Shown here: piece by piece, positions 24,178 to 36,266 of the stretch | Layout: each line of letters starts with the position of its first letter | Position numbering within the stretch: the stretch's first letter is position 1 | Source of the DNA: Calcarisporiella thermophila CBS 279.70 | Taxonomy: Eukaryota; Fungi; Calcarisporiellomycota | DNA length: 64,000 nt | NCBI RefSeq assembly: GCF_041956535.1 | Contig: NW_027192193.1 | Span: 1,312,678 to 1,376,677 of the forward strand | Reading direction: 5' to 3' | Notes under the pieces: generated by a model | Seen by the model: only the letters and a program-made list of their open reading frames with translations | What the model was told of the DNA's origin: nothing | Database searches by the model: none | Program-made: the position numbers and the translations under genes

Positions 24178-27033
24178 ATGTACGTTTTCAAAAGAGGTAT
24201 ATTACAAATGTGTTGCAAGCTATTTTTGTTTACGCTTCATTTATACCGAACGTTACTAATTATATTAATTCTAATTTCCCTTCTAACCGAATGATTATTG
24301 CCGTATGATATTAAGATGGTAGATATTTCTTGACCGGACGGATTTTCTTGACTCTGCTCTAAATGTGATTTTTATTTTTGTAACAGGAACCAAAGAACGA
24401 GTAGCCTTTGACAAAATAACTGCTCGCATCAATAAGCTATGCAATGGCCTTGATATGAACTATGTGGATCCAGTAGCCATTGCTCAGAAGGTAATAAATT
24501 TTTGATACCTCTGTCACTGTTATTGATTTATTTGACCCTGTTTCTTCTTCATTCTAGGTGGTTTCTGGGGTTTACCAAGGCGTGACAACTGTGGAGCTGG
24601 ATAATCTGGCCGCAGAAACAGCTGCTTACATGACCACCAAGGTATTTGATTGGCAACCTCTCTCACTTCATTTTCCTAGTTAATTAACAGTGCATTGTTT
24701 TATTTAGCATCCAGATTATGCCCTCCTTGCTGCTCGAATTGCCATTTCTAATCTCCAGAAAGAAACCAAGAATAATTTTTCCGAAGTGGTCAAGGACCTT
24801 TACGAATATACAAACCCAAAAACTGGTACCCATTCTCCTATGATCTCGAAGGAAACCTACGAAATTGTACAACGTCATGCTGAACGTCTCAATGCTGCAC
24901 TGGTGTACGAGCGTGACTTCAACTACAACTACTTTGGGTTTAAGACATTGGAGCGCTCCTATTTATTACGCATCAGTGGTCGAGTTGCTGAACGACCCCA
25001 GCACATGTTGATGCGTGTTGCTGTTGGTATTCATGGGGAGGACATAGATTGCGCAATTGAATCATATGAGCTTATGTCCCAGAAGTACTTCACGCATGCT
25101 TCTCCCACTCTTTTCAACGCAGGCACTCCACGTCCACAACTTTCGAGCTGCTTCCTGGTGTCAATGCGTGAAGACTCAATCGAGGGAATTTATGATACAC
25201 TGAAAACCTGTGCAATGATATCCAAAACAGCAGGTGGTATTGGACTCAACATCCATAACATTCGCGCTTCGGGCTCCTACATGTAGGTTCATATTCTTTT
25301 TTCACGTTTGAATCCAGCTTATACTTACACTTTCTCTCTTGCTCTCATCGTTATAGCGCGGGAACTAACGGTTATTCTAATGGCATTGTACCCATGCTCC
25401 GTGTTTATAACAACACTGCCCGGTACGTTGATCAAGGAGGCAATAAACGTCCTGGGGCCTTTGCCATCTATTTAGAACCCTGGCACGCTGATGTGTTTGA
25501 ATTCCTCGACCTACGCAAAAATACCGGCAAGGAAGAGCAGCGTGCGCGAGATCTCTTTTACGCACTGTGGATTCCTGATCTCTTTATGCGTCGCGTTGAG
25601 GCCAACGAGGATTGGTCGCTCTTCTGTCCAGCGGAGGCTCCTGGCTTGTCTGACGTTTGGGGCGAAGAGTTTGAAAAATTGTACGAGAGATACGAGAAGG
25701 AAGGTCGTGCGCGAAAGACGTTTAAGGCGCAAAAGCTGTGGTACGCGATTCTTGAAGCGCAGATCGAGACTGGAAACCCATTCATGCTCTACAAGGATTC
25801 TTGTAATCGTAAATCGAACCAACAAAACTTGGGCACAATTCGTGGCAGTAACTTGTGCACAGAGATCATGGAGTACTCAGCCCCCGATGAGGTTGCCGTC
25901 TGCAATTTGGCAAGTATTGCGCTTCCTTCGTTTGTTGTGGATCGAAAGCATTTCGACTTTGCGAAGCTGCACGAAGTCACCAAGGTCGTGGCAAAAAATC
26001 TAAACAAGATCATCGACCTCAACTACTACCCTGTCGAAGAGGCTCGGCGTTCCAACTTCCGCCACCGCCCCATTGGAATTGGTGTGCAGGGATTGGCAGA
26101 CGCATTCTTGCTACTTCGCCAACCATTCGACTCCCCTGAAGCCAAGAAACTCAACACTCAGATCTTTGAGACCATCTATCATGCTGCGGTCGAAGCCTCG
26201 GCGGAACTGGCCCAGGAGCAAGGGCCTTATCCAACCTACCACGGCTCCCCCATTTCCCGGGGCATTCTTCAGCCCGACATGTGGGATGTCGTTCCCAGCG
26301 ATTTGTGGGATTGGGACGCACTTCGCGCTCGCGTCGCGCAGCATGGTGTGCGCAACTCACTTTTGGTTGCACCAATGCCCACGGCAAGCACCAGCCAGAT
26401 CCTAGGGTTTAATGAATGCTTCGAGCCGTATACCTCGAATATTTACACAAGGCGTGTGTTAGCCGGTGAGTTCCAGGTGGTGAATCCGTGGTTGCTCCGC
26501 GACCTGATCGAACGTGGCCTCTGGGATGACCGCATGAAGAATCGCATCATCGCAGACAACGGGAGTGTGCAAAAGAGTAAGTGTTCCTTGCCTATAGTTC
26601 TCTCCTGCCCGCCCCTCATTGACTCATTGCCTCTACCTTAATCAAATCACTAGTTCCAGAGGTACCCGATGATCTCAAGGCTTTGTACAAGACGGTTTGG
26701 GAAATTTCACAGCGTGTTATCATTGATATGGCGGCTGATCGTGGAGCCTATATCGACCAAAGTCAATCGCTCAACATCTTCATTGCTGAGCCGAATTATG
26801 CTCGACTTACGTCCATGCATTTCTACGGCTGGAAGAAGGGCCTGAAGACCGGAATGTATTATCTTCGAACCAAGGCTGCTGCATCCGCGATTAAGTTTAC
26901 AGTGGATCAGCTCGCTCTGAAGCAGACCAACAGCAATGCATCGACAAAATCGACATCAGAGGAAGAGGAGAATCAAGCGGCCATTGCATGCTCCCTAGAG
27001 AACAAGGATGCCTGTGTCATGTGCAGCGGCTAA
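24178..27033 (+). CDS. RNR1: Ribonucleoside-diphosphate reductase large subunit
   Basis: ATP cone MYVFKR(D)[12 protein letters not shown]; [22 protein letters not shown]; [11 protein letters not shown]; GSNLCTEI; [13 protein letters not shown]; [11 protein letters not shown]; C-terminal CxxC (CVMCSG). Confidence 0.98.
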
Positions 27034-29542
27034 TTCACTTAATTATATAGACATATTTGGTTGTTATTTTTTTGAATTTGTAGTTTTTTTTTTTCCTCTG
27101 GAGCTATATGCAGTAAGATGCTCCGACTTTTTACATATATATATGTATATGTATACTCATATATACATATATTTCTGAAGTATTAGTATTAGCATGAAAA
27201 CATAATAAATCCAGTAAATTCCGTTTCTACTTTTTCCTTGAGTTTATGCAAGAAAAATGGCTTGATTCTCACCTCAGACCGGCCTTTTTTCAGTTTGCAC
27301 TTGCTTCATTTCTATTCATAAGAAGAGGACGCCAGTTGGTTAGGTAAGGGCGTGATTATGCAGCCCAAGAAATCGCAACCTTGGCGATAGTTGCCTATGA
27401 AGGCAACGGAAACCCTAAAGCTTTTTTCCATGACCAACGTGATCAGGAAGATGAATTGGCGTGAAATATCTCGGGAAGCTTCTGGAGCAAGGCTAGGGTT
27501 ATACAACAGACTAGCGAAAGAAAATTGTGATTTCTGAACCATATTCTCACCTTAGCAATATAGGCTTTGCTTATTGTCTGAGCGGGTGGTCTTTTAACCG
27601 TCAGGGCATTACAAGCAGCGGCCATTGTGTTAGGTCAGAATGCCATCGACTGATGACATGGTGTCGAGGCTTAGTGCTAGAGGACAAGATATTTCGCGCC
27701 GGAGTTGTGGATGACTCCATCAATATCGCTAATTTCAAGGAATATTCCGTCGAGTGGTCGCAGGAGGGTACTAACGTCAGGTTTTCGGAGAAGATGCCCT
27801 AGGCAAGATGGAGCTGTAACCGGGGGTGTCTTTGTCAAATTCTTGGCAAGTGGCTCCTGCGTCATTATGAGAAATGAGAAAGTGCGGCTGCAATGAGAGC
27901 ATCAGGGCCGAGCCCCAATGCGTGCCAATGGGAGTCTCACGGCATTAGCCCAATCCTGTAAGATATTTTTAGTCCATTTATGTGCCCATTTCTTTGGTTA
28001 GAAGTAGTGGACCCCATAAGTAGAAAAGAGTTTGCCCGTGCGATTTACTTGACTTAACTCTCCCACTGTGCTCCGTGGTGACTCATGTGTCTAGAAGGTT
28101 TGAAATGGAATCTTCCAATAAAATAGAAATAGTATCAATTTTAGCATAGGATAGCCTGGGGACTCTAATCACGAAAAAGTTCAATCTACAAGAGCTCCCT
28201 TTGTCAAATATTATCCGTTAATAAGCCCTCTTTCCCTCGCGGGACCTTGTGCTGAGTGTTTTGGGCTTGTCAGAAAACTATTTTCTTAGAAGTCGAAGAG
28301 TCATTAAGGAAGGGCTCCGAGAAAGTCGTGACGAGAAAAAAATGCACAAACTCTATCCTCATGAGACTATCATTTTAGCGGTCAACCTTTAGATTTGGCT
28401 TGGAGAACTTGAACGAAGCTCATGTCAAAAAATGGGGAGCAGACGGTCACGAGAGACTCGGCGATCAGATATTGATGGGAAGCAGTGCCATATGAGAGAA
28501 GAGTTGCTCCATCTTAGAATGGATATTAGGGCAGGCCTACAGCTCATTTGCTGACGATATTGCGTGCGTTAGTGTAAGAATAGAGTTGAAAGGCTGTGGG
28601 ATAAGCCTCTATCCTCTTCTAATGGGAAGAAAAGCCTGCCACCACAACCTACGCAGCTCTACAATGCAACGGTTTTGCTTCGTTGTAGTATTGCATGGGT
28701 GCGGCTGAGGGAACGCTCAGACGCGTCCCATGGGAAAAGAAAGCGCCTGCTTTATTCAATATACTAAACTACACCCCTTGCTTTACCATGTTCTCTTCTG
28801 TATATTATCCTCCTCAGGGCAGGTTCCTAGAGGATGGCTATTGGAGAGCGAGAAATCACGAGAGGATGTCAAACCTCCTCACCATCAGAGCACTCTTAAA
28901 TTCTCTTGGATTCGGGCAAAATGCTGAGAGAATAGGATGTTATAAGCGTCCCGCTTATGGCAAAACAATTATTTCCAGCGTGGAGATAGTTTAGGTTCAT
29001 TGCATCAACGCCATAAAGGTCATGCGAGACGGGTAAAAAGTATAAGCTTAAACGCATCGCCAACCGAAATAGGGGGCGACAAGCATGAAGCTTAAAACCG
29101 ATTTTGAATAGCGCACGATGCTAGAGCCAACCGAAGTCATGCACATGCCAACCCCATATTGTGAGATTGATCTTCAGACGGGTTTTACCGGAAAAGGCTA
29201 GGATTTAGTAGAAATAGCATCTGGTGTATTGAATGACTAGTACAGGAAGAGACATAGCAAGGATGCTTATTGAGAGAAGAGAAAATACAGGAGAGAAACA
29301 AAGAAAAAACACACATAGTAGCAAGCAAAACTCTGGTATAAATGATGTGGTAATATTCACTGACAAAGCGTAGTTGGAAACATTTAGGATATACAATTGA
29401 GAAAAATAAAACAAGCCAAGATCAACCAAGGTAATGAAAAAGGCTATTTCAGCGAGGGGTTGGTTGAGAGAGGTTGGAGGGAGGCAGCGGCGGTCTCCTA
29501 CACAGCCTCCTTCTGCTCCTTCTCCTCCTCTGACATTTTAAC

Positions 29543-29647
29543 CTATTGCTGGACTACTGGTGCTGTTCGAAGGTGGATAATCCGGAGGTGGTAACGCAAC
29601 TGCTCTGCATCTGAGAACTGCTGGGTGCAAAGATCACACTTATACAT
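29543..29647 (-). CDS. 34-aa single C2H2 zinc-finger microprotein
   Basis: MYKCDLCTQQFSDAEQLRYHLRIIHLRTAPVVQQ-stop is a perfect Y-x-C-x2-C-x3-F-x5-L-x2-H-x4-H. It has A at -3, a TATATAA at 29814-29820 and an in-frame upstream stop. It is below the ORF-track size cutoff. Confidence 0.7.
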   Translation of the reverse strand: MYKCDLCTQQFSDAEQLRYHLRIIHLRTAPVVQQ

Positions 29648-31202
29648 GATGTATTCGTTGGTATTCTTGGTGTTAATGTTGAGTGTAAGAGGAGTGAAGG
29701 CAACGAAGGATGTGAGAAGATAGTAGAGTGATCAAAAATTGGTTGGGAGGCAAATGGGAGGGGAAGGAAAAAAAGGTTAGGAAACAAAATCAGAAGTGGA
29801 ATGGGAGACGGGCTTATATATCGGAGAAAGTTAGTTTCTTGTATACGGCTGTATATTGAGAAGGGCTGAATGGATTCTGGTACCGAAAATAATTGCGTGT
29901 TACCGAGGGAATAATAATTTAACACCATCTCCTAGCAATCCGAACTCCATTGAATGATGTCACGCAAGTTTTTGCAATGCAAATTTTTAGAAATGCCTCT
30001 AGATTCTATTCAGCGAGCCTCTATGCAAAAACCGGTTAAAATAAGGCCAACAGAAGCAAAGAAACTCTCTCTCCCCCCCTCTCACTTTCACTATTGAACG
30101 AGGGAGAAGGGAGCAGAGAGGACGGCGACATTCTCAAGCATGGCCAGAATTTTCCTTAGCCGAGCTAAAACTTAAAATAATGGGATTTTTGTTTTCAAAA
30201 TAACTCCCGAAACTTGTACGCTATCTTAAATCAGTCAGGTGGCTATTTCATCATCCAGCTGTCATTGAAAGTTGAAAACGTGGCCGTTCGCTGTTATACC
30301 TTAGGTCACACTCAATAATAAAAAAGAGCGCGCAAGGAAGCCTCGTGGTTGTCGGTGTCAAAATATCATATTTACAACAAAAAGCCTCAAATTGGTATCG
30401 AAACTCTTGGACACCATAGCTCGCACGAGGGCGATAGAATTCCGAAACAAAGACGGGGAAAAGGGAAGCAAAGGAAGGGGGATAAAATAAACCCGATACG
30501 CCTGAATCTAAAATCCAACAGAGCAATGCTGGGCCATTGAGCAACATATGGGGCCGGAGGTTGTGCGAGTGGTTCAGTAGCATATTAGTGGTTTATTAGT
30601 ATTCCATTAGTCCTCCGAAAACTGGGTAAACTTAGGTGGGTCTTCGAATGCGATTTGCCCTGCTAATTCTTGGTATAAACAGAAGTCTTGCAGAGTCCAA
30701 GCCACATATAGAATGGCTTGGCGTGTGCTTTTGACTGGAGCATCACCAATGGAGGGATAGGAGGAGCTGATTTCTGGGCTGGAAAAAGCAAGCCTTACAT
30801 TGCAGATAGACTTTAGATCCAGTCTCCTTTGATCATTGCCTGGTGTGTAGTAGTCACGCGCGAGGAGCTTGGACAACATTTTGTTGTCTGTTAGCTAATC
30901 ATAATCAAAATGTTAATCAGAGGGTCGCCAATCTGCATCGCTCTTTAACCTTTTTTATATTGGCAATCTATACCAGTCTGGCTACACATTCCAAGCCATT
31001 TGTCAAATTGACTCATATTTGACTAGATCAACTTCGAAGGAGCCAGTTGGAAGGCATCTGGTCACCATTTCATCAAAATAGGCAAATATCCACCTGAGTA
31101 GAGTTTAGGAAACCTTGGGGTATATAAAACCCACTCGAGGAAAAATAAAACATAAAAAATCCAGTTCATTGCCACGATTTACTTGAATAATAAAATTAGA
31201 TA

Positions 31203-31707
31203 ATGTCGCAAGCATCTCTCCCGAAAGAAGAGCGCAGAACACTCGCAGGAGGATGTCTGTGCCGAAAGGTCCGCTACACCATTACGCTTCCGGCAGGCTT
31301 CAATGACGTTGAGAACAGCTGCTATTGTCACTGTAAGAGCTGTCGAAAGAGCTGCGGAGGCATGCTAATGGGTAAAGCAAAAAGAGGGCACTTTGGGTTA
31401 AAGTGCTTTTCAATACTTTATTTTTCTTCCCCGTTTGCTAGGTTATTTTTATGGATTTGCCGAGAAAGACATAGAGTATGAAAACACTCAGCCAACTGCA
31501 TTCGAGTCTTCCAAAGGCATTTTCCGTGCATTCTGTCCATGCTGTGGTTCTCAAATCTATGTTAAATTCAACATGAATGGCACTGATGCCTACGGCTTCA
31601 CGGTTGGAAGCCTGGATGATCCGGATAGCGTTCGCGTTGAACGTCAAGCCATGACCGAATTTGGAGTGAAGCAACTGAAAAAATTAATGGGACTAGAAAC
31701 CGCTTGA
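31203..31707 (+). CDS. GFA/CENP-V (Mss4-like) zinc protein, copy 1
   Basis: GGCLCRKVRY, CHCKSCRK, RAFCPCCGSQI; one intron (31372-31441); TATA at ~31121. Confidence 0.9.
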
Positions 31708-32368
31708 AAATTAAGCTGATTAGATTGATATGGGCGTTGGTTGGAGTTATTCTGTTAATAATGCATTAAGTGGGACAAGAGACAGAGATATACCTAATGA
31801 GTTTTTACAAATTTTTGATCGGATAAAAAAAACTAATTTTCTACTTTACAAAGACGCTGTTTTAAGAAAGAGGTTACAATGACGCGTAGCTGATATATTT
31901 GGACTATTATTATTAGAGTAGCTCGCTGTAGAAATGCGAATGGAAGTGACCAAGAAGGCTTTGAAAAGGCTGGGGTCTAAATCATTTACATTTAGAGCAA
32001 GTCAAATGAGCTCGAAATAAGGAATGAGGCAATGAGTCTAACCATAACCTTAAGAATAAAAGAAAAATGAATTAGTCTTCCTTGACACAAACGCCAAAAG
32101 ACACGTCTATTTCCAGGGATTATGCATTAAGTATTTTTCGGGTTTTATATGCTATCCAATTAATACAGTGCTGTGTTTAGTAATTATGAAAATGCGAGTT
32201 GACGTGGCGCCTGAAAATAGTCAAATTGAAGGGTCAAAATTCATGATTAGTCATACGAGGTTATATACCGAAAAAAAAAGAACAAATTGTACGTGGGAAA
32301 ATGGCCAATTCAACCTATATATAGAGGCGCCAAATGCTGAAGAGCGAAGCAGAGTACACGTTCAAAGC

Positions 32369-32869
32369 ATGTCTCAAGCTTCTGGTATCTTTGATCAACC
32401 CAAAACACTTGAGGGCGGTTGTCTCTGTGGTGAGATCCGGTATACTTTCACACTTCCTGCTGGCTATGATTTGAAGGAGAAGTGCGAGTACTGCCATTGC
32501 ATAATGTGCCGGAAAAGCTGCGGGGGCATGATAAGCGGTTAGTCCTTAAGCTCTGAATTCAGGAGAAGCCCTCTTCATCTCTTGGTCTATTTTTTCACAG
32601 CATTCCTCAGCGGGGTTCCTGCCGACAGTGTGGTCTTCCACAAATCGCGCCCGTCCGTCTACGAGTCTTCGAAAGGTTGCCACCGGGGATTCTGCCAAAA
32701 GTGTGGAGCACAAATCTACTTCCAGCAATACATTGACTCCCCCCAAACCTATGGCTTCACTGTTGGCAGTCTAGATGATCCAGATAGCGTGACCGTGTAT
32801 CGTCATTCGTTTACAGAGTTTGGGGTAAAGGGGCTAAAAGAACTGATGCACGTTAAAGAAGATATTTGA
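32369..32869 (+). CDS. GFA/CENP-V (Mss4-like) zinc protein, copy 2
   Basis: GGCLCGEIRY, CHCIMCRK, RGFCQKCGAQI. Shares YGFTVGSLDDPDSV and the intron position with copy 1. Confidence 0.9.
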
Positions 32870-33827
32870 AAACACAGAGTTGTATTTTTGAGGAAGAGTC
32901 GCGATACTATTATGTACATCAAGTCAATGTATAGGATTTTCTTAGGCCATGATAATAGGATCAACGCGAACAGATTTTTGAAATATCGTCCCAAGGAATT
33001 GATGATGGGTTATTATCTAAATGCATCGTTTCGCGAAAGGGATATTATAGTTGAAAATAAACTGATGGAGCTCGACTTTGCTTTCAAATTCGAAATGAAT
33101 TTTGGGTTAATCAAAAGTGAGATGGAGGCAATAAAAGGTGACTAGTAATTGAATTTTGTCGCGAGGTAAAACCTCGCGTATAAAGAGAGTCGCCTGATTA
33201 GGTGGGGAATCGATCTTGATTGATCCGAGACGATTCGAAACAATCCCAGGATATCTCCATTGGTCCTGGACCATAATGATTATTTGTAAGAGTATATCTT
33301 ACTTGGTTAAGTTTCTGCGCAAGGATGCCGGTAACGAGAAGTTATGATGGCGAAGCTTGACGATTTTCTATTACATGAGAGGAGAGGGAGGGGGGTTATC
33401 GAGCCCTATCTCTCTTTAACGAAGGAGTCTTCAAGAGAGACGTCAGCGGAAGGTTAATTTTACAGATTGAACTTGTCACTAAACCCAGGTTTTCGGCCAT
33501 TGAGATATTACCAGCGCTAAGTGGTTGCCTAATCTGACCCTTCCGAGTTGGCCGACGGTGATTTCATTGGAGAGCAAAAGCGGATTCTGAGCACGGGTGC
33601 CCGTCACTATCGGGGAATAGAATTTTATTTGACCCGGTAGAAATTACTGAGCTTGACCAACCAAGACCTTTTGTTTGTTCGAGCTCTTTGATAAAGTGTC
33701 TCTTCAAGGGGTATTAGCACGGCAGCACTTTCCGCTCTCACCGCTCTTTTCCTTTTTACCTCCTTCCCTCTCCTCCTACCTCGCTTCTCTCACCTCCCCT
33801 TGTCTCCTCGATTCCCAAAAATCCACT

Positions 33828-35714
33828 ATGCGGTTGTCGATTGTTGGCCTTGTTCTCCTGGCCGTCAGCTGCTGCACCATGACGAATGCTGCAGCAACGC
33901 CCGGCAAGCGATGCAAACCGTTTAGCTTATCTGAAGCAACCATCCCAAGTCTCCAAAAGGCTCTCGACAAAGGCGTTATCACCTCACGCCAGATCCTTGA
34001 TTATTATAATGAGCGTATCAAGCGGTTTGACGGCACCTACCACGCCATTTCCGAAATCAATCCAGACGCATATACCATTGCTGACCAGTTGGATGCCGAG
34101 CGCAAGCAGAAAAAGATACGGGGGCCTTTGCATGGGATTCCGATTCTGATCAAAGATGTAAGTTAACGTAGGAGTTGGCAGTAGTAGAAGTGGCATTAAA
34201 CATCGTTTCCTTCTCCAGAACATCGCTACGGGTGATTCGATGGAGACGACGGCCGGCTCGCTGGCACTTTTCAAGAATGGCTGCAAGGTTTGTCTTCTTT
34301 CTTGAGTGCACCGAACCAAACTATTCCATTAAACCTGTATCTCTTGATAGCCGACGCGGGATTCTACCATTGCCGAAAAGCTTCGCAGTGCCGGTGCTAT
34401 TATCATGGGAAAGGCGTGTTTGAGCGAGTGGGCTAACTTCAGGACACTCAATGGCTCCAATGCTCCTTATGGTGATCCCGATGGTTGGAGTGGACGGTGT
34501 GGACAAACGGCGAACGCCTACAACATTAGCGAGTCTCCAAGCGGATCCAGTGCTGGCTCAGCCGTTGCTGTTGGGGCCGATTTTGTCACTGCATCTCTCG
34601 GAAGTGACACGGACTCCTCCATTATTGCTCCTGCCTCTCGGAATGCCCTTGTCGGGGTTAGGGTAAGTTGGGTTGTTTTGGGCTCAACGATAAGTGGGTC
34701 AATATTAAGTCAAGGCCAAATTTTTGTGCGCATGTATAGCCTACATTGGGTCTGGTCTCGCGTGATATGGTTATTCCGATCGCTCATTCATTCGATACTG
34801 TTGGCCCTATGGCTCGCACAGTTGAGGATGCTGCGATTCTTCTGGAGGCCATTGCTGGCTTTGATAAGAGAGATGGGCCAACCAATGCTCCATCAACTGA
34901 GAACTATACTGTACCAAAATATACGTCATTCCTCAAGAAGGATGGATTGCGTGGAGCACGCATCGGAGTTCCTCGACATGTATATTTCGATAATTTTCAT
35001 CGTCCGGAAGAAAAACCAGTGATTGAGGCAGCCATTGCTAAGCTAAAAGAACTTGGAGCGATCATCGTTGATCCTGCAGACATTCCTACCGCAGACGAGA
35101 TGGCAGACACCAAACCTCACGGCAATGGCTTCGAGCTTACGTCGCTGCTCTTTGAATTTAAGCAGGATGTCACAAAATACTTGGGGCAGCTTCCGCAGGA
35201 ATGTCCCATGAAGAATCTCGAGGATTTGATAAAGTTCAATAATGAGAATGCAGAAAAGGAGATGCCATTCTTTAAGCAGGAGATGTTCGAGCTTGCACAG
35301 AATACAACCGATTTAAATGACCCCGCCTATCAAGATTCCATTAAGAATGTGAGAGAACTTTCAACGAAGAAGGGTATCGATGCTGTCATGGATGAGCATA
35401 AATTAGATGCATTGATCGAGCCAGTGGATTTGAAATTGTTACCCCCTCAACCTTGGGCAATGGCTGGGTAAGTGGGATAGACACATTTACATATGTCCAC
35501 CTTCATATTGGGGGATTCCGTACTAAACTGGCTACCGCTTTTCATTAGATATCCTATTATCACAGTTCCGGTGGGATATGACTCTGTCGGCGTACCGTTT
35601 GGCCTTGGATTCTATGGTAGGCCCCTCTCGGAACCGACTCTCTTCAAGTTCGCCTATGCCTATGAGCAGGCAACCAAGGTTCGGAAGCCACCCGTGCTGA
35701 AGCCAAGCGCATAA
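33828..35714 (+). CDS. Secreted amidase-signature family enzyme
   Basis: Signal peptide MRLSIVGLVLLAVSCC; RGPLHGIPILIKD; SGSSAGSAVAV; GSDTDSSI; DTVGPMAR; AYAYEQATKVRKPP. Confidence 0.92.
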
Positions 35715-36266
35715 GCTCAGCAGTGCTAATTTTATCCTTCCAAGTCAACTTTAGTTGTATAGACCTTTTAGTGTTTATATTTTCATCTATTTATTAACTC
35801 TTCTTGCAAGGTTGAATTATCGACCTCGTTCTATTTATTAACTCCACAAGATGCATTTCATTCTCCTCTTATTCAATAATAAACTAGTTTGCCATTTTTA
35901 TTTTCTGGTTTCAGAAATATTTCACCTGGCTCCGTCAGCAATTACACATCAACCAACAGGGAGAAGGTTCTCATTTCCTCGTCGGTGTTGTCTTTTTTTT
36001 TTTCCAAATCCTTTAAAAAAAAATTCAGTTCCTCGTTTCGTTCTCCCATCTGTTATATATCATTTATAGTCATCTCTAGAATATTATATATCCTTTATAC
36101 ATACTCAAAATATTAATAGGCTTAATGTGTTACATTCCGCACATGCCTATTCTTCCATGCTATAATCCTCCCCATTCATCATAAAAACTCCTTCAGGTAC
36201 ATAGAAATTCGATCACATCTGTACATTCTCTTCGAAGCTTACTTCTTTCTTCATGCAATAGAAATC

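Noticed and set aside
27405-27420. aaccctaa as a telomerase RNA template
   Set aside because: Only an 8-nt match with no supporting structure; expected by chance.
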